Part shown: positions 1-8,746 of the stretch, in pieces | How the letters are laid out: each line of letters starts with the position of its first letter | Numbering within the stretch: position 1 is the first letter of the stretch | NCBI GenBank assembly: GCA_943355025.1 | Contig: CALRDW010000001.1 | Coordinates: 60,015-124,014 of the forward strand | DNA from: Candidatus Magasanikiibacteriota bacterium | GTDB taxonomy: Bacteria; Patescibacteriota; Patescibacteriia; Magasanikbacterales; 2-02-FULL-50-9b | Direction: 5' to 3' | Length of the DNA: 64,000 nucleotides | Program-made: the position numbers and the translations under genes | Notes under the pieces: generated by a model | Databases searched by the model: none | Told to the model about the DNA's origin: nothing | What the model saw: the letters and a program-made list of their open reading frames with translations, nothing else

Positions 1-89
1 GTGGCGAAGGCACAAAGGTGCTCCATGGCGTTCGTTGCGAAATTATAATCCACACGCCCAAATTTGTCCAGATCTGCTATACTGCTTCT

Positions 90-770
90 ATGATTCGTCT
101 CGATGCTGTTTCAAAAGTATACGGGGGCGGGATTCCTGCTCTCGAGGATATTCATTTACATATTGCGCCGGGCGAGTTTGTTTCGATTGTAGGACAAAGT
201 GGAACCGGCAAAACAACGCTCGTTAAACTTCTCATCGCGGAAGAACGTGCGACAAATGGCCGTATAGAAATTGGTGGTTGGGATATAACGCGAATCGGCC
301 GTGGGGATGTGCCGCTGCTTAGGCGTCAAATGGGAATAATTTTTCAAGATTTTAAATTGTTGCCTAATAAAACAGCGTTTGAAAATGTTGCATTTGCGCT
401 TGAGGTTGCGGGAGAATCTCGACCACGCATTCGCCGCGCAGTAACACAACTGCTTGACATTGTTGGGATAACCGAAGCTGCTCATAGATTTCCATTCGAG
501 TTGTCGGGAGGTGAACAGCAACGCGTCGCGATCGCGCGCTCCTTAGCGCACCGACCAAAAATTTTAGTTGCCGACGAGCCGACGGGAAATCTTGACACGC
601 TTAATACACAAGAAATCATTCGCATTCTTAAAAAAATTAATGAGTTTGGCACGACCGTTCTTTTGGTAACACACAATCGTGAGGTTGTGAACGATCTGCG
701 GCGGCGCGTTATCACACTTGACAAAGGGCGTATTTCGCATGATCAAAAAACAGGAAAATATGTCATTTAA
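90..770 (+). CDS. ftsE: Cell-division ABC transporter ATP-binding protein FtsE
   Basis: Walker A GQSGTGKTT, ABC signature LSGGEQQRVAIAR and Walker B ILVADEPT. The in-frame ATG at 90 is the likely start of ORF 18..770. Confidence 0.9.
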   Translation: MIRLDAVSKVYGGGIPALEDIHLHIAPGEFVSIVGQSGTGKTTLVKLLIAEERATNGRIEIGGWDITRIGRGDVPLLRRQMGIIFQDFKLLPNKTAFENVAFALEVAGESRPRIRRAVTQLLDIVGITEAAHRFPFELSGGEQQRVAIARSLAHRPKILVADEPTGNLDTLNTQEIIRILKKINEFGTTVLLVTHNREVVNDLRRRVITLDKGRISHDQKTGKYVI

Positions 771-1704
771 TAATCATCGGGCATCATTTTTTATTGTAGT
801 CGGACGCGTGTTTCGCTACGCGTTTCAAAATATCCTTCGTAATTTTGGTCTCGCAATAATTACAATTTCGATTTTGGTACTTTCGCTCATTTCTGTTAAC
901 ACACTTTTAGCCGTCAAATCGCTCACAGCTGCAGCTGTACATGCAATTGAAAAGCAGGTTGATATCAGTGTGTTTTTTGTTCCTGAGGCAACAGAAAAGC
1001 AAGTTGACGAAGTGCGTGCGTACATGGCTCAGTTTAATTCTGTGACGACTGTGGATGTGATTAGCCGCGAAGATGCGCTTGCAGCCTTTAAAGCGCGTCA
1101 TGCGGACAATCCTGAGATTCTGAAGTCGCTTGCGGTGCTTGAAACAAATCCGTTGGGGGCTATCGTTGTTGTCCATACAAAAGATGCGAAGGATTATAAA
1201 GTTATTTTGGATTCGTTTGAGAAACAAACACAGTTCAATTCGATTGTTCAACGCCGATCGTTTGAGGATCGTGGAAAAATTGTTGAGCGCGTTGAATTTT
1301 TAACGGCGCGTGCGCAGGATGGTGCGCTTGGGCTCGCTGCACTGTTTGCTCTCATTGCGGTTTTGATTGTTTTTAATGCGATACGTGTCGCGATCTATAC
1401 GCAGCGCGAAGAAATTTCAATTAAAAAACTAGTTGGCGCGACAAACGGTTTTATTCGTGCTCCATTTTTTATTGAAGGATTTGTGTATGTAAGCGTTTCT
1501 GTTGGAATAGTTGCGGGGATTATGCATATCGCAACTCGATACATCGATCCCTTTCTCGGCCCGTTGTTTTCTGGTGGAGGTTTCTCGCTGCATGCAACAT
1601 TTTTTCAGAATTCGGGGCAGCTATTTGGCATCGAGCTTGTGGCGCTGCTCGCTATAACGTGGATGACCTCGGTTATTGCTATGCGAAAGTATTTACAAAA
1701 ATAA
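760..1704 (+). CDS. ftsX: Cell-division permease FtsX
   Basis: Directly follows and overlaps ftsE. N-terminal cytoplasmic segment, TM helix, periplasmic domain, then three C-terminal TM helices (FtsX topology). AGGA lies before the ATG at 760; alternative starts are 739 and 718 (TTG). Confidence 0.8.
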   Translation: MSFNNHRASFFIVVGRVFRYAFQNILRNFGLAIITISILVLSLISVNTLLAVKSLTAAAVHAIEKQVDISVFFVPEATEKQVDEVRAYMAQFNSVTTVDVISREDALAAFKARHADNPEILKSLAVLETNPLGAIVVVHTKDAKDYKVILDSFEKQTQFNSIVQRRSFEDRGKIVERVEFLTARAQDGALGLAALFALIAVLIVFNAIRVAIYTQREEISIKKLVGATNGFIRAPFFIEGFVYVSVSVGIVAGIMHIATRYIDPFLGPLFSGGGFSLHATFFQNSGQLFGIELVALLAITWMTSVIAMRKYLQK

Positions 1705-1762
1705 AGCGGGTTGCGGCAGAGGTTGTCAGGATGCAGGAGCTTGTGATACGCTGGTGGCGCAA

Positions 1763-1833
1763 TCCGGGATCGTCTAATGGTAGGACACGGCCCTTTGAAG
1801 GCTGTTATCTTGGTTCGAATCCAAGTCCCGGAG
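1763..1833 (+). tRNA. tRNA-Gln (anticodon TTG)
   Basis: Hand-folded cloverleaf: 7 bp acceptor stem TCCGGGA/TCCCGGA, D-loop TCTAATGGTAGG, anticodon stem CGGCC/GGCTG with loop CTTTGAA, T-arm CTTGG-TTCGAAT-CCAAG, discriminator G. No encoded CCA. Confidence 0.75.
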
Positions 1834-1877
1834 CACGGTTGCTTCATATTTAAAAATTGTATTTCACCTGGGAGGGT

Positions 1878-2420
1878 ATGAGAAAAAAAGTTTTTGCAGT
1901 AATCGGAAGCGTTTTGTTTTTTGTGTTCGTGGCTTATAAAGGGACGTCAGTATTTCCGCGTTCGGCGTCAGCCCAGCACACACCAAATTATTTAATTCCT
2001 GATGGCACGGTTATTCGCACCGTTGATGGGGATACATTTGTTGTACAACTCGGCGGCCTACAGGAAAAAGTTCGTATGCTGGGAATGGATACGCCAGAGA
2101 CTGTTGATCCGCGAAAAACAGTTCAGTGTTTTGGAAAAGAGGCGAGTAAAAAACTGCACGAACTTCTGACTGATAAAATAGTAACTTTGAAATCAGATCC
2201 TGCAAATGATGATCGCGATAAGTACGGCCGAATTTTGCGCTATGTGTATTTACCAGATGGAACATTTGTTAATTCGATTATGATCGAGCAGGGCTTTGCA
2301 TTTGCATATATAAAATTTCCATTTATGTATAAGGAGCAATTTGTTCGGCTCCAGATGCAGGCGCGAGCGGCGCGCGCTGGTCTGTGGGGGAAGGAAACCT
2401 GCAATGGTGTGCATGGGTAG
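1878..2420 (+). CDS. Secreted thermonuclease (staphylococcal nuclease-like, SNase fold)
   Basis: N-terminal hydrophobic signal. SNase-type motifs VIRTVDGDTFVV, VRMLGMDTPET and YGRILRYVY. GGAGG RBS before the ATG at 1878. Confidence 0.8.
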   Translation: MRKKVFAVIGSVLFFVFVAYKGTSVFPRSASAQHTPNYLIPDGTVIRTVDGDTFVVQLGGLQEKVRMLGMDTPETVDPRKTVQCFGKEASKKLHELLTDKIVTLKSDPANDDRDKYGRILRYVYLPDGTFVNSIMIEQGFAFAYIKFPFMYKEQFVRLQMQARAARAGLWGKETCNGVHG

Positions 2421-2465
2421 GCAGCGTGGTATACTCACCGCGGAATAATTATAATTTCAACCTCT

Positions 2466-2939
2466 ATGGTATCAGCTGGAAAGAAGGCACCGTCATTCAA
2501 ATTATTTGACCAGTCGGGGACGCCGCATTCGTTAGCGGATGAGAGTGGTAAATGGGTTTTGCTTTATTTTTATCCAAAGGATGATACACCAGGATGCACA
2601 AAGGAAGCGTGCTCGATTCGGGATAATTTTTCAAAGTTTAAAAAATTAAATGTAACCGTGTTTGGAGTGAGTGCTGATTCAATAAAATCGCACGCAAAGT
2701 TTGTTGAAAAATACGAATTGCCGTTTATACTTCTTGCAGATATTGATAAAAAAATTGTCGCAAAGTATGGCGTGTGGGCAGACAAAAAATTTATGGGCCG
2801 CGAGTACAAAGGTATATTACGTACCTCATTTCTCATCGATCCCGAGGGGATCGTCGCGAAAGTTTACGAGAATGTAAAACCCGAACAACATGCGGATGAA
2901 ATTTTGTCGGATCTTAAAAATTTTCAGAAATCTCGGTAA
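2466..2939 (+). CDS. bcp: Thiol peroxidase / peroxiredoxin Bcp (AhpC/TSA family)
   Basis: FYPKDDTPGCTKEAC peroxidatic cysteine motif; length and layout typical of Bcp. Confidence 0.85.
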   Translation: MVSAGKKAPSFKLFDQSGTPHSLADESGKWVLLYFYPKDDTPGCTKEACSIRDNFSKFKKLNVTVFGVSADSIKSHAKFVEKYELPFILLADIDKKIVAKYGVWADKKFMGREYKGILRTSFLIDPEGIVAKVYENVKPEQHADEILSDLKNFQKSR

Positions 2940-3183
2940 AAAATACCCGAACAAAAGCCGAAATTGTGGGTGTGGATAGCCTGCTTGCGCAGGATGGGGT
3001 AGGGGTGTAAGGTTCCCCCACTAAACAACCTAACCCGCTGGCATATGCGCCTCGCATCAATACTCATGAGAGAAAATTTCTTTTGCGAAGACGGAGGTGA
3101 TTCCGAGGATGAGGAAGTGCTGTAAGGCACTTCTTTTGTATCTACGGCAGGGGAGTTTAAAAGTTTTCCACACCCCTAAAATT

Positions 3184-3206
3184 TGCTATTTATAGCATAG
3201 CAGGAT
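3184..3206. promoter_or_regulatory. Palindromic candidate operator (GCTAT-TT-ATAGC followed by ATAGCAGGA) upstream of sod
   Basis: Inverted repeat with perfect 5 bp arms, 14 nt before the sod start. Shares an ATAGCAGGA 9-mer with the palindrome at 9726..9744. Confidence 0.35.
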
Positions 3207-3219
3207 ACCTTTAATTTGT

Positions 3220-3822
3220 ATGAATAAAACTGAACCAAAATCATTACCCTTTACAAACGCTCCTGAGGGCATTTCAGAAAAAACTCTCGCTATCCATCAC
3301 GATAAGCTGTACGTTGGATATGTGAACAAAAAAAATGAGATCGAAGAAAAACTTGAGCCGCTCATGACTGGCGGGAGTGTTGCTTCTGCAAACCAAACGT
3401 ATTCAGAACTACGTGCTTTGAAGGACGGTGAAACATTTGCGGTCAATGGCGTGTATTTGCACGAATGGTATTTTGATGTGCTTGGCGGCGACGGGCTTGC
3501 GCATGGTGCACTCGCGGAAGCGCTTATCGGACAGTTCGGGAGCGTTGAAAATTTTATTGGATATTTTGCTGGGTGTGGTATGGCTGCTCGTGGATGGGCA
3601 GTACTCGCGTATGACACGCACGATAAAATGCTCAAAGTATATACGTGCGACTCACATAATCAGGGCGGGGTTTGGGGAGCAATTCCTGTAATCGTGCTCG
3701 ATGTGTATGAGCACGCATATTTTATAGATTATGGTAGCGATCGTGCGGCGTATATTCAAGCTTTTTTGAAGCAACTCAATTGGACGAAAGCAAATGAGTT
3801 GTTCGCTGCAATCTCAAAGTAA
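3220..3822 (+). CDS. sodA: Fe/Mn superoxide dismutase
   Basis: N-terminal LPF...HHDKLYVGYVNKKN and C-terminal DVYEHAYFIDYGSDRAAYI motifs that hold the metal ligands of the Fe/Mn SOD family. Confidence 0.9.
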   Translation: MNKTEPKSLPFTNAPEGISEKTLAIHHDKLYVGYVNKKNEIEEKLEPLMTGGSVASANQTYSELRALKDGETFAVNGVYLHEWYFDVLGGDGLAHGALAEALIGQFGSVENFIGYFAGCGMAARGWAVLAYDTHDKMLKVYTCDSHNQGGVWGAIPVIVLDVYEHAYFIDYGSDRAAYIQAFLKQLNWTKANELFAAISK

Positions 3823-3851
3823 TGGTTCTTTAATGTAATTGTATTTCTCGT

Positions 3852-4148
3852 ATGCCAACAGCGCAACAGTTTTCTCACTCGTTCGAAATTCCACAAGAGA
3901 CTCAAGCAGAGATTGAAGATATTGCCGCATATCTTTCGCAGGTATATGGATTTGATTTTCCACTCGAGCTTCTCGAGGATTGTTATAAACAGGTCGAACA
4001 AGTTGAAATTGTGCGTGCAATTGCGGACCGCGTAAAAGTCAGAATCAATATTGATCCAGATGATATTTTTGAAGATGAAAAAATGGCGCGCCACCTGAGC
4101 CGGCTTGAGCGTGCGTTTCAGTATTTTGTCGACGAACACCTCTCTTAA
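3852..4148 (+). CDS. Hypothetical acidic small protein (98 aa)
   Basis: ORF sits exactly between sod and the peroxiredoxin, same strand, no overlap. No recognisable motif. Confidence 0.35.
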   Translation: MPTAQQFSHSFEIPQETQAEIEDIAAYLSQVYGFDFPLELLEDCYKQVEQVEIVRAIADRVKVRINIDPDDIFEDEKMARHLSRLERAFQYFVDEHLS

Positions 4149-4162
4149 TTACATTTACGATT

Positions 4163-4690
4163 ATGAATATGTTACAAGTACGAACAGCAGCGCCGGAATT
4201 TGACGTCGAAGCTTACGTTGGCGGTGAAACAAAACATGTTTCATTGAAACAGTACCGTGGAAAATGGGTTGTCTTGTTTTTTTACCCCCGAGATTTTACA
4301 TTCATCTGTCCGACAGAGCTTAAGGGTTTTGCAACAAGCGAATCTGAGTTTACTGCATTGAATGCTGTACTCGTTGGTGCGTCGACAGATAGCGCGTTTG
4401 CACACAAGGCGTGGTTTGAGCGTGACCTTCCTATGGTCACGTATCCAGTTCTCGCTGATACAACTCACAGCGTAAGCCGCGACTATGGTGTTTTGCTTGA
4501 GGATTCTGGCGAGGCATTGCGCGGGACATTTATTATTGATCCGGATGGCGTGCTGCGCTACTCAGTAATTTCTGATTTGAATGTTGGGCGCTCAGTTGAT
4601 GAAACATTGCGTGTTGTTAAGGCGCTTCAAACAGGAGAACTTTGCCCAATCGAGTGGAAGCCTGGCGAAACGACACTGGGTAAAGCATAA
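4163..4690 (+). CDS. Peroxiredoxin, AhpC/Prx1-type 2-Cys
   Basis: FFYPRDFTFICPTEL peroxidatic Cys motif and a resolving Cys near the C-terminus (GELCPIEW). Confidence 0.85.
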   Translation: MNMLQVRTAAPEFDVEAYVGGETKHVSLKQYRGKWVVLFFYPRDFTFICPTELKGFATSESEFTALNAVLVGASTDSAFAHKAWFERDLPMVTYPVLADTTHSVSRDYGVLLEDSGEALRGTFIIDPDGVLRYSVISDLNVGRSVDETLRVVKALQTGELCPIEWKPGETTLGKA

Positions 4691-4693
4691 CGT

Positions 4694-5296
4694 ATGTCGC
4701 GCGAAGTGGTCTTTGATATTGAAACACAAAACACGTTTGATGAGGTTGGCGCAGGGAATCACAAAGGGCTGAAGGTGTCAGTTGTTGTTGCATATACGTA
4801 CGAGGATGATCAGTTTCACGTGTTTCGTGAGGAGAATCTAAAAGATCTCTGGCCAATTCTTGAACGCGCAGAACGATTGATCGGATATAATTCGAAATTT
4901 TTTGATATCCCAGTTCTGCAAAATTATTATACAGGTGATTTATCGAAAATTCCGCATCTTGATTTATTGGAGGAAATTCGACGATCTGCGGGATTTCGTC
5001 CAAAGCTTGATGATATTGCGCGAGCAACGCTTAACACACAAAAATCGGCGCACGGACTTCAAGCGGTTGAATGGTTTAAACAGGGCGAGTGGGAAAAAAT
5101 AGAAAAGTATTGCATTGACGACGTACGGATTACGCGTGATGTGTATGAATACGGAAAAACAAATAAACAAGTTTTTTATCCGGATTTGCAAGGAAATTTA
5201 AAACCAATTCCTGTAAAATTTGGTGTTGAAAAAGTTGCTCAGGGTGCTGGAATTGAGGCGCCAGGCACAGGCATGAATATGACGCTGCCCTTTTAA
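4694..5296 (+). CDS. 3'-5' exonuclease, DEDD (DnaQ/RNase D-like) superfamily
   Basis: Exo I motif VVFDIETQ, Exo II GYNSKFFDIPVL, Exo III YCIDDVRITRDVY. Confidence 0.6.
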   Translation: MSREVVFDIETQNTFDEVGAGNHKGLKVSVVVAYTYEDDQFHVFREENLKDLWPILERAERLIGYNSKFFDIPVLQNYYTGDLSKIPHLDLLEEIRRSAGFRPKLDDIARATLNTQKSAHGLQAVEWFKQGEWEKIEKYCIDDVRITRDVYEYGKTNKQVFYPDLQGNLKPIPVKFGVEKVAQGAGIEAPGTGMNMTLPF

Positions 5297-5306
5297 TTTT
5301 TTTCGT

Positions 5307-6587
5307 ATGCTTAAATTCGTATTGCAGCGCGCGCTTGCTTCGATTGCCCGGGCCGTTGTTAAAAAATATCGTCCAAAGGTTGTTGGCATCACGGGCTCTG
5401 TAGGAAAAACTTCAACAAAAGAGGCGTGTGCCGCCGTTTTATCGACGCGATATCGAGTTGGAAGCGCGAAAAAAAATTATAATAATGAGCTGGGCGTGCC
5501 ACTCACCATTTTGGGAGAGGATGCGCCAGGTCGCTCGATTCTGCGATGGCTCGGTTTATTTTTTACCGGCTTTCGCCTGTTGCTTACCGAAGACGCGTTG
5601 TACCCACAGGTTCTTGTTCTTGAACTTGGCGCAGACCATCCGGGTGATCTTGCTTATTTATTAACGATTGCACCGCTTGATGTCGCCATCATTACTGCAA
5701 TTGGTGCAGCACACACCGAATATTTTGGATCAATCGCCGGTGTGCTCACGGAGAAAAAAACAATTGCAGTTTCATTATCCAGCGACAAAATTGCAATTCT
5801 CAACGGTGATGATTCCTTACTCACAGAAATTCGAGGTGAGATTTCTGCACGTATTGTTTCATTTGGTTTTTCACCGACAAACGATGTTCAGGGTCGCGGC
5901 GTACAAACACATTATGCAACGGACGGCGTACCGGACGGCGTTGAGGCTGATGTATTTATGCGAGGCGAGGAATTTAGTTTAGTTATGTCAGGCGTGCTTG
6001 GACGACCAACAGTGTACGCCGCGCTCGCAGCTGTTGCAGTTGGTCAGGCAATGGACGTTGGTATGGCTGAGATTCAACTAGGACTTGCGACGGTTTTATT
6101 TCCACCCGGCCGTATGCGAATAATTCCTGGAATTAAGGGCACGCTACTGATTGATGACACCTATAACTCGTCACCAACCGCAGCTGCTGAATCGCTTTCC
6201 CTACTGGAATCATTGCATGCTCACGGTCGGCGAATTGCCATTCTTGGCGACATGTTGGAGCTTGGAGCTTTGACTGAAATCGAGCATCGTAAAATTGGAC
6301 TATTGGTTGCTGAGAAAAATATTGATGTGTTATACACCGTTGGCGGTGCGTCGCATGCTCTAGCCGCCGCGGCGCGTGAGGCGGGAATGGAAGAGTATTC
6401 GATTTATTGTTTTGATACGTCGGCAGAGGCAGGAAGATTTTTGCAAGATCGTATACAGGATGGGGATATTATTTTGATCAAAGGATCACAGGGTACGCGC
6501 ATGGAGCGAATTGTAAAAGAAGTCATGGCAGAGCCGCTCAAAGCAGAAAAATTATTAGTGCGTCAGGGGAAGGGCTGGGTTTCTTGA
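5307..6587 (+). CDS. murF: UDP-N-acetylmuramoyl-tripeptide--D-alanyl-D-alanine ligase MurF
   Basis: Mur ligase ATP-binding motif GITGSVGKTSTKE and C-terminal Mur ligase domain; length about 426 aa. Confidence 0.9.
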   Translation: MLKFVLQRALASIARAVVKKYRPKVVGITGSVGKTSTKEACAAVLSTRYRVGSAKKNYNNELGVPLTILGEDAPGRSILRWLGLFFTGFRLLLTEDALYPQVLVLELGADHPGDLAYLLTIAPLDVAIITAIGAAHTEYFGSIAGVLTEKKTIAVSLSSDKIAILNGDDSLLTEIRGEISARIVSFGFSPTNDVQGRGVQTHYATDGVPDGVEADVFMRGEEFSLVMSGVLGRPTVYAALAAVAVGQAMDVGMAEIQLGLATVLFPPGRMRIIPGIKGTLLIDDTYNSSPTAAAESLSLLESLHAHGRRIAILGDMLELGALTEIEHRKIGLLVAEKNIDVLYTVGGASHALAAAAREAGMEEYSIYCFDTSAEAGRFLQDRIQDGDIILIKGSQGTRMERIVKEVMAEPLKAEKLLVRQGKGWVS

Positions 6588-6647
6588 AAATTTTGTTTAT
6601 CTTTTTTTCTAGGAAAAAACAAGTATATCTTTTTTGCTACTTGTCTT

Positions 6648-6668
6648 TTGTAAGACAATGTCTTACAA
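6648..6668. promoter_or_regulatory. Perfect 10 bp inverted repeat TTGTAAGACA-A-TGTCTTACAA, candidate operator of the RHH gene
   Basis: Perfect palindrome ending 9 nt before GGAGG and the ATG of the RHH gene at 6678. Confidence 0.5.
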
Positions 6669-6677
6669 AGCGGAGGT

Positions 6678-6902
6678 ATGCGTAAAACAATTACAATTTC
6701 TTTGCCAGAAGAATTGGCTAAAAAATTAGCTGTAGAAATTAAGAGACGAAATTTTGCTACAACAAGTGAGTTTATTCGGCGTCTCATTAATAAATGGTTT
6801 ATTGAAGAAGAGGAGCGAAAATATTTACTCAAAAAACGCTCCAATCAAATTTTAAAGGATGTGATTAAGCGTGCAGAAGCGACAGGTTCTCTTGAAGAAT
6901 AA
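6678..6902 (+). CDS. Ribbon-helix-helix (CopG/ParD-like) DNA-binding protein, orphan antitoxin-like
   Basis: N-terminal TISLPEELAKKLAVEIKRR is a typical RHH beta-strand plus helix. 74 aa, strong RBS, no toxin-like partner on either side. Confidence 0.6.
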   Translation: MRKTITISLPEELAKKLAVEIKRRNFATTSEFIRRLINKWFIEEEERKYLLKKRSNQILKDVIKRAEATGSLEE

Positions 6903-6905
6903 AAA

Positions 6906-6930
6906 ATACCACCCGAAGGTGGTATTTTTT
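6906..6930 (+). terminator. Rho-independent terminator (ATACCACC-CGAA-GGTGGTAT + T5)
   Basis: 8 bp perfect stem, tetraloop and T-run directly after the RHH stop codon. An A-run lies upstream, so it is possibly bidirectional. Confidence 0.65.
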
Positions 6931-7004
6931 GGTAGCGCTAACGGGAGTCGAACCCGTCTTCTCAGATTGAGAATCTGATGTCCTAACCGATAGACGATAG
7001 CGCC
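6930..7004 (-). tRNA. tRNA-Glu (anticodon CTC), CCA encoded
   Basis: Reverse complement folds as GGCGCTA acceptor (G1:U72), D-arm GTCTATCGGTTAGGAC, anticodon stem TCAGA/TCTGA with loop TTCTCAA, T-arm ACGGG-TTCGACT-CCCGT, discriminator A, then CCA. Confidence 0.75.
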
Positions 7005-7103
7005 GGATAGCGCCTATTCTATCAGACCTTGTTCGAATGTTCAACCCGTCATTGACCATGGCTTGTAAACATGCTACTCTCGGATTGCATTTATGGAGGT
7101 TAC

Positions 7104-7976
7104 ATGCAGACGCTTTCAGTACCGAACATTGACCTTGAACGCATTGATGAGCCGAGCCCTTTTGGGACGGAACTTACTGCGGTTTCGAATCTTGCGGCCA
7201 TTCAATTGACTCCGCGCGGTTTGCGAGCGGAACGGATGGGGAACACACGAACGCTCATCGATCGGATCGCGGCGCTACCTGAATACATAGCGCCTCGACC
7301 TGGAGACACTCATGCACCGCACGGGCGTTTTCGTGGTCGGCAGATCATTGGTAGCGGCGCCGCGATTCGTGGTGGCGTCTATATGGGTCGCGGCCCGCGA
7401 GAAGCAATTGTTGTTGATCTTGAGCCGGGAACAGCAGCACGGTTTCTGTACGAACAGCTCGTTCTCTCTTCTTTCGCGGTAATTCAACCACAGTGGACGA
7501 AAGTGTGGCGGCACAATCTTTTGCACTTCTTTCTGGCCATTTTTTGGTTGGTGCCACCCGATGAAGATGATGATTCGCATGTGCCGCTTTCAGTGGCACT
7601 GCCCCGCATCACTTCGTTTGTTCAGCAGCACATGCCGTACAGCGATGCGCTCAGCGCCGAGGTAGCGCGGCGACTTAAAGCGGGAAAGGATGAAGAAGTT
7701 TCGATTGATGAGTATATTCGCGCCACCGCTGGCGTGTGTCGTCATCAAGTATGTTTGCTCGGCGGTTTGCTTGAGCAACTGATCGAGGCGGGGCATATCG
7801 CGGGCTCAGTTTCGATAGAGCGCGACTTACTGCTCGGCGGGAGTCACGCGTGGGTGCGCTTCACAGCGCCCGGCGGCCAGGCGTATATACTTGATCCAGC
7901 ACAAAATGTATTGTGCATGCGGCTGCAAGATATGCATGAAGGTACGCGGGCATTCTACGACAAACAGATGTTCTAA
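7104..7976 (+). CDS. Transglutaminase-like cysteine protease domain protein
   Basis: C-terminal core AGVCRHQ...GSHAWVRF...ILDP (Cys-His-Asp triad order of the transglutaminase-like superfamily). GGAGG RBS before the ATG at 7104. GC-rich relative to flanks. Confidence 0.65.
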   Translation: MQTLSVPNIDLERIDEPSPFGTELTAVSNLAAIQLTPRGLRAERMGNTRTLIDRIAALPEYIAPRPGDTHAPHGRFRGRQIIGSGAAIRGGVYMGRGPREAIVVDLEPGTAARFLYEQLVLSSFAVIQPQWTKVWRHNLLHFFLAIFWLVPPDEDDDSHVPLSVALPRITSFVQQHMPYSDALSAEVARRLKAGKDEEVSIDEYIRATAGVCRHQVCLLGGLLEQLIEAGHIAGSVSIERDLLLGGSHAWVRFTAPGGQAYILDPAQNVLCMRLQDMHEGTRAFYDKQMF

Positions 7977-8107
7977 CAGGGCGGCCACTTTTTCAAGCGG
8001 CCGTTTTTCATTTGCGCATAGTTTATTTGGTCTGTGTGTATAAATAAAAAAGCAGCAGACCTCGCGAAGTGCGTGGTGTGCTGCTAGTGCTTTGTCCAAA
8101 GCACTTT

Positions 8108-8746
8108 TTACTGCTTGGGTTTTCCCGGCGTTCGTTTGAACGAAAGGACTGTGCATTTGGTAATCGAGAGTCCAGATTTCTGCATCCAGCGTCCCAAAGG
8201 GGATGCTGCAATCGCTGTTTTCGCGGACTCGGGCAGTTCACTCAGTTTCTCGCCAGGATCGATTGCGACAATTCCAGGATTAGTTTTCACGCTTTCATTG
8301 AACAAGCGCATGAAAGCTACAGTCACGTATTCATCGGTCTCGGCGGTCATGATGATTTTTTTCTTCGCGAGCTTGTCCGTGAAGGCTGGTGAATGTGCGA
8401 ACGCAGTTGGGTCTGCAACGGCGAGCACAAACCCGTAATCAATGGCTGACACGGGACCATCGCCATGCATGTGGATCTCAAAAGCCTCTGAAACGTTAAT
8501 GCATTCGGAAGGGCACCATGCAACCTCCATTTTTTTCCAGGTGTCCCCTTCGTCAATTCGTTGAAGAACATCAGTGTGTCCTATGGGTTCTTCGAGCACT
8601 ACCGGCGAAAGAAGAAAGAGCATGCTGACCCCGAGCATGGCAGGTCCCACAATTCGTGAAACAGGATGTATTGGTGCTACAAGAAAGATAAAAACCGAGG
8701 AAACAACACCAAGGATTAATCCTATTATCATGAGTGCAATTATCAT
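8108..8746 (-). CDS. Hypothetical membrane-anchored protein (2 N-terminal TM helices)
   Basis: ORF overlaps the upstream minus-strand gene by 4 nt (operon). N-terminal hydrophobic helices followed by a soluble domain. No recognisable motif. Confidence 0.5.
   Translation of the reverse strand: MIIALMIIGLILGVVSSVFIFLVAPIHPVSRIVGPAMLGVSMLFLLSPVVLEEPIGHTDVLQRIDEGDTWKKMEVAWCPSECINVSEAFEIHMHGDGPVSAIDYGFVLAVADPTAFAHSPAFTDKLAKKKIIMTAETDEYVTVAFMRLFNESVKTNPGIVAIDPGEKLSELPESAKTAIAASPLGRWMQKSGLSITKCTVLSFKRTPGKPKQ

Noticed and set aside
156-724. Multiple minus-strand ORFs (156..521, 364..558, 482..724, 564..746) inside ftsE
   Set aside because: All are antisense to a strongly supported ABC ATPase gene with conserved motifs. 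They are typical shadow ORFs. The same reasoning was applied to the many other short overlapping ORFs in the six-frame track.
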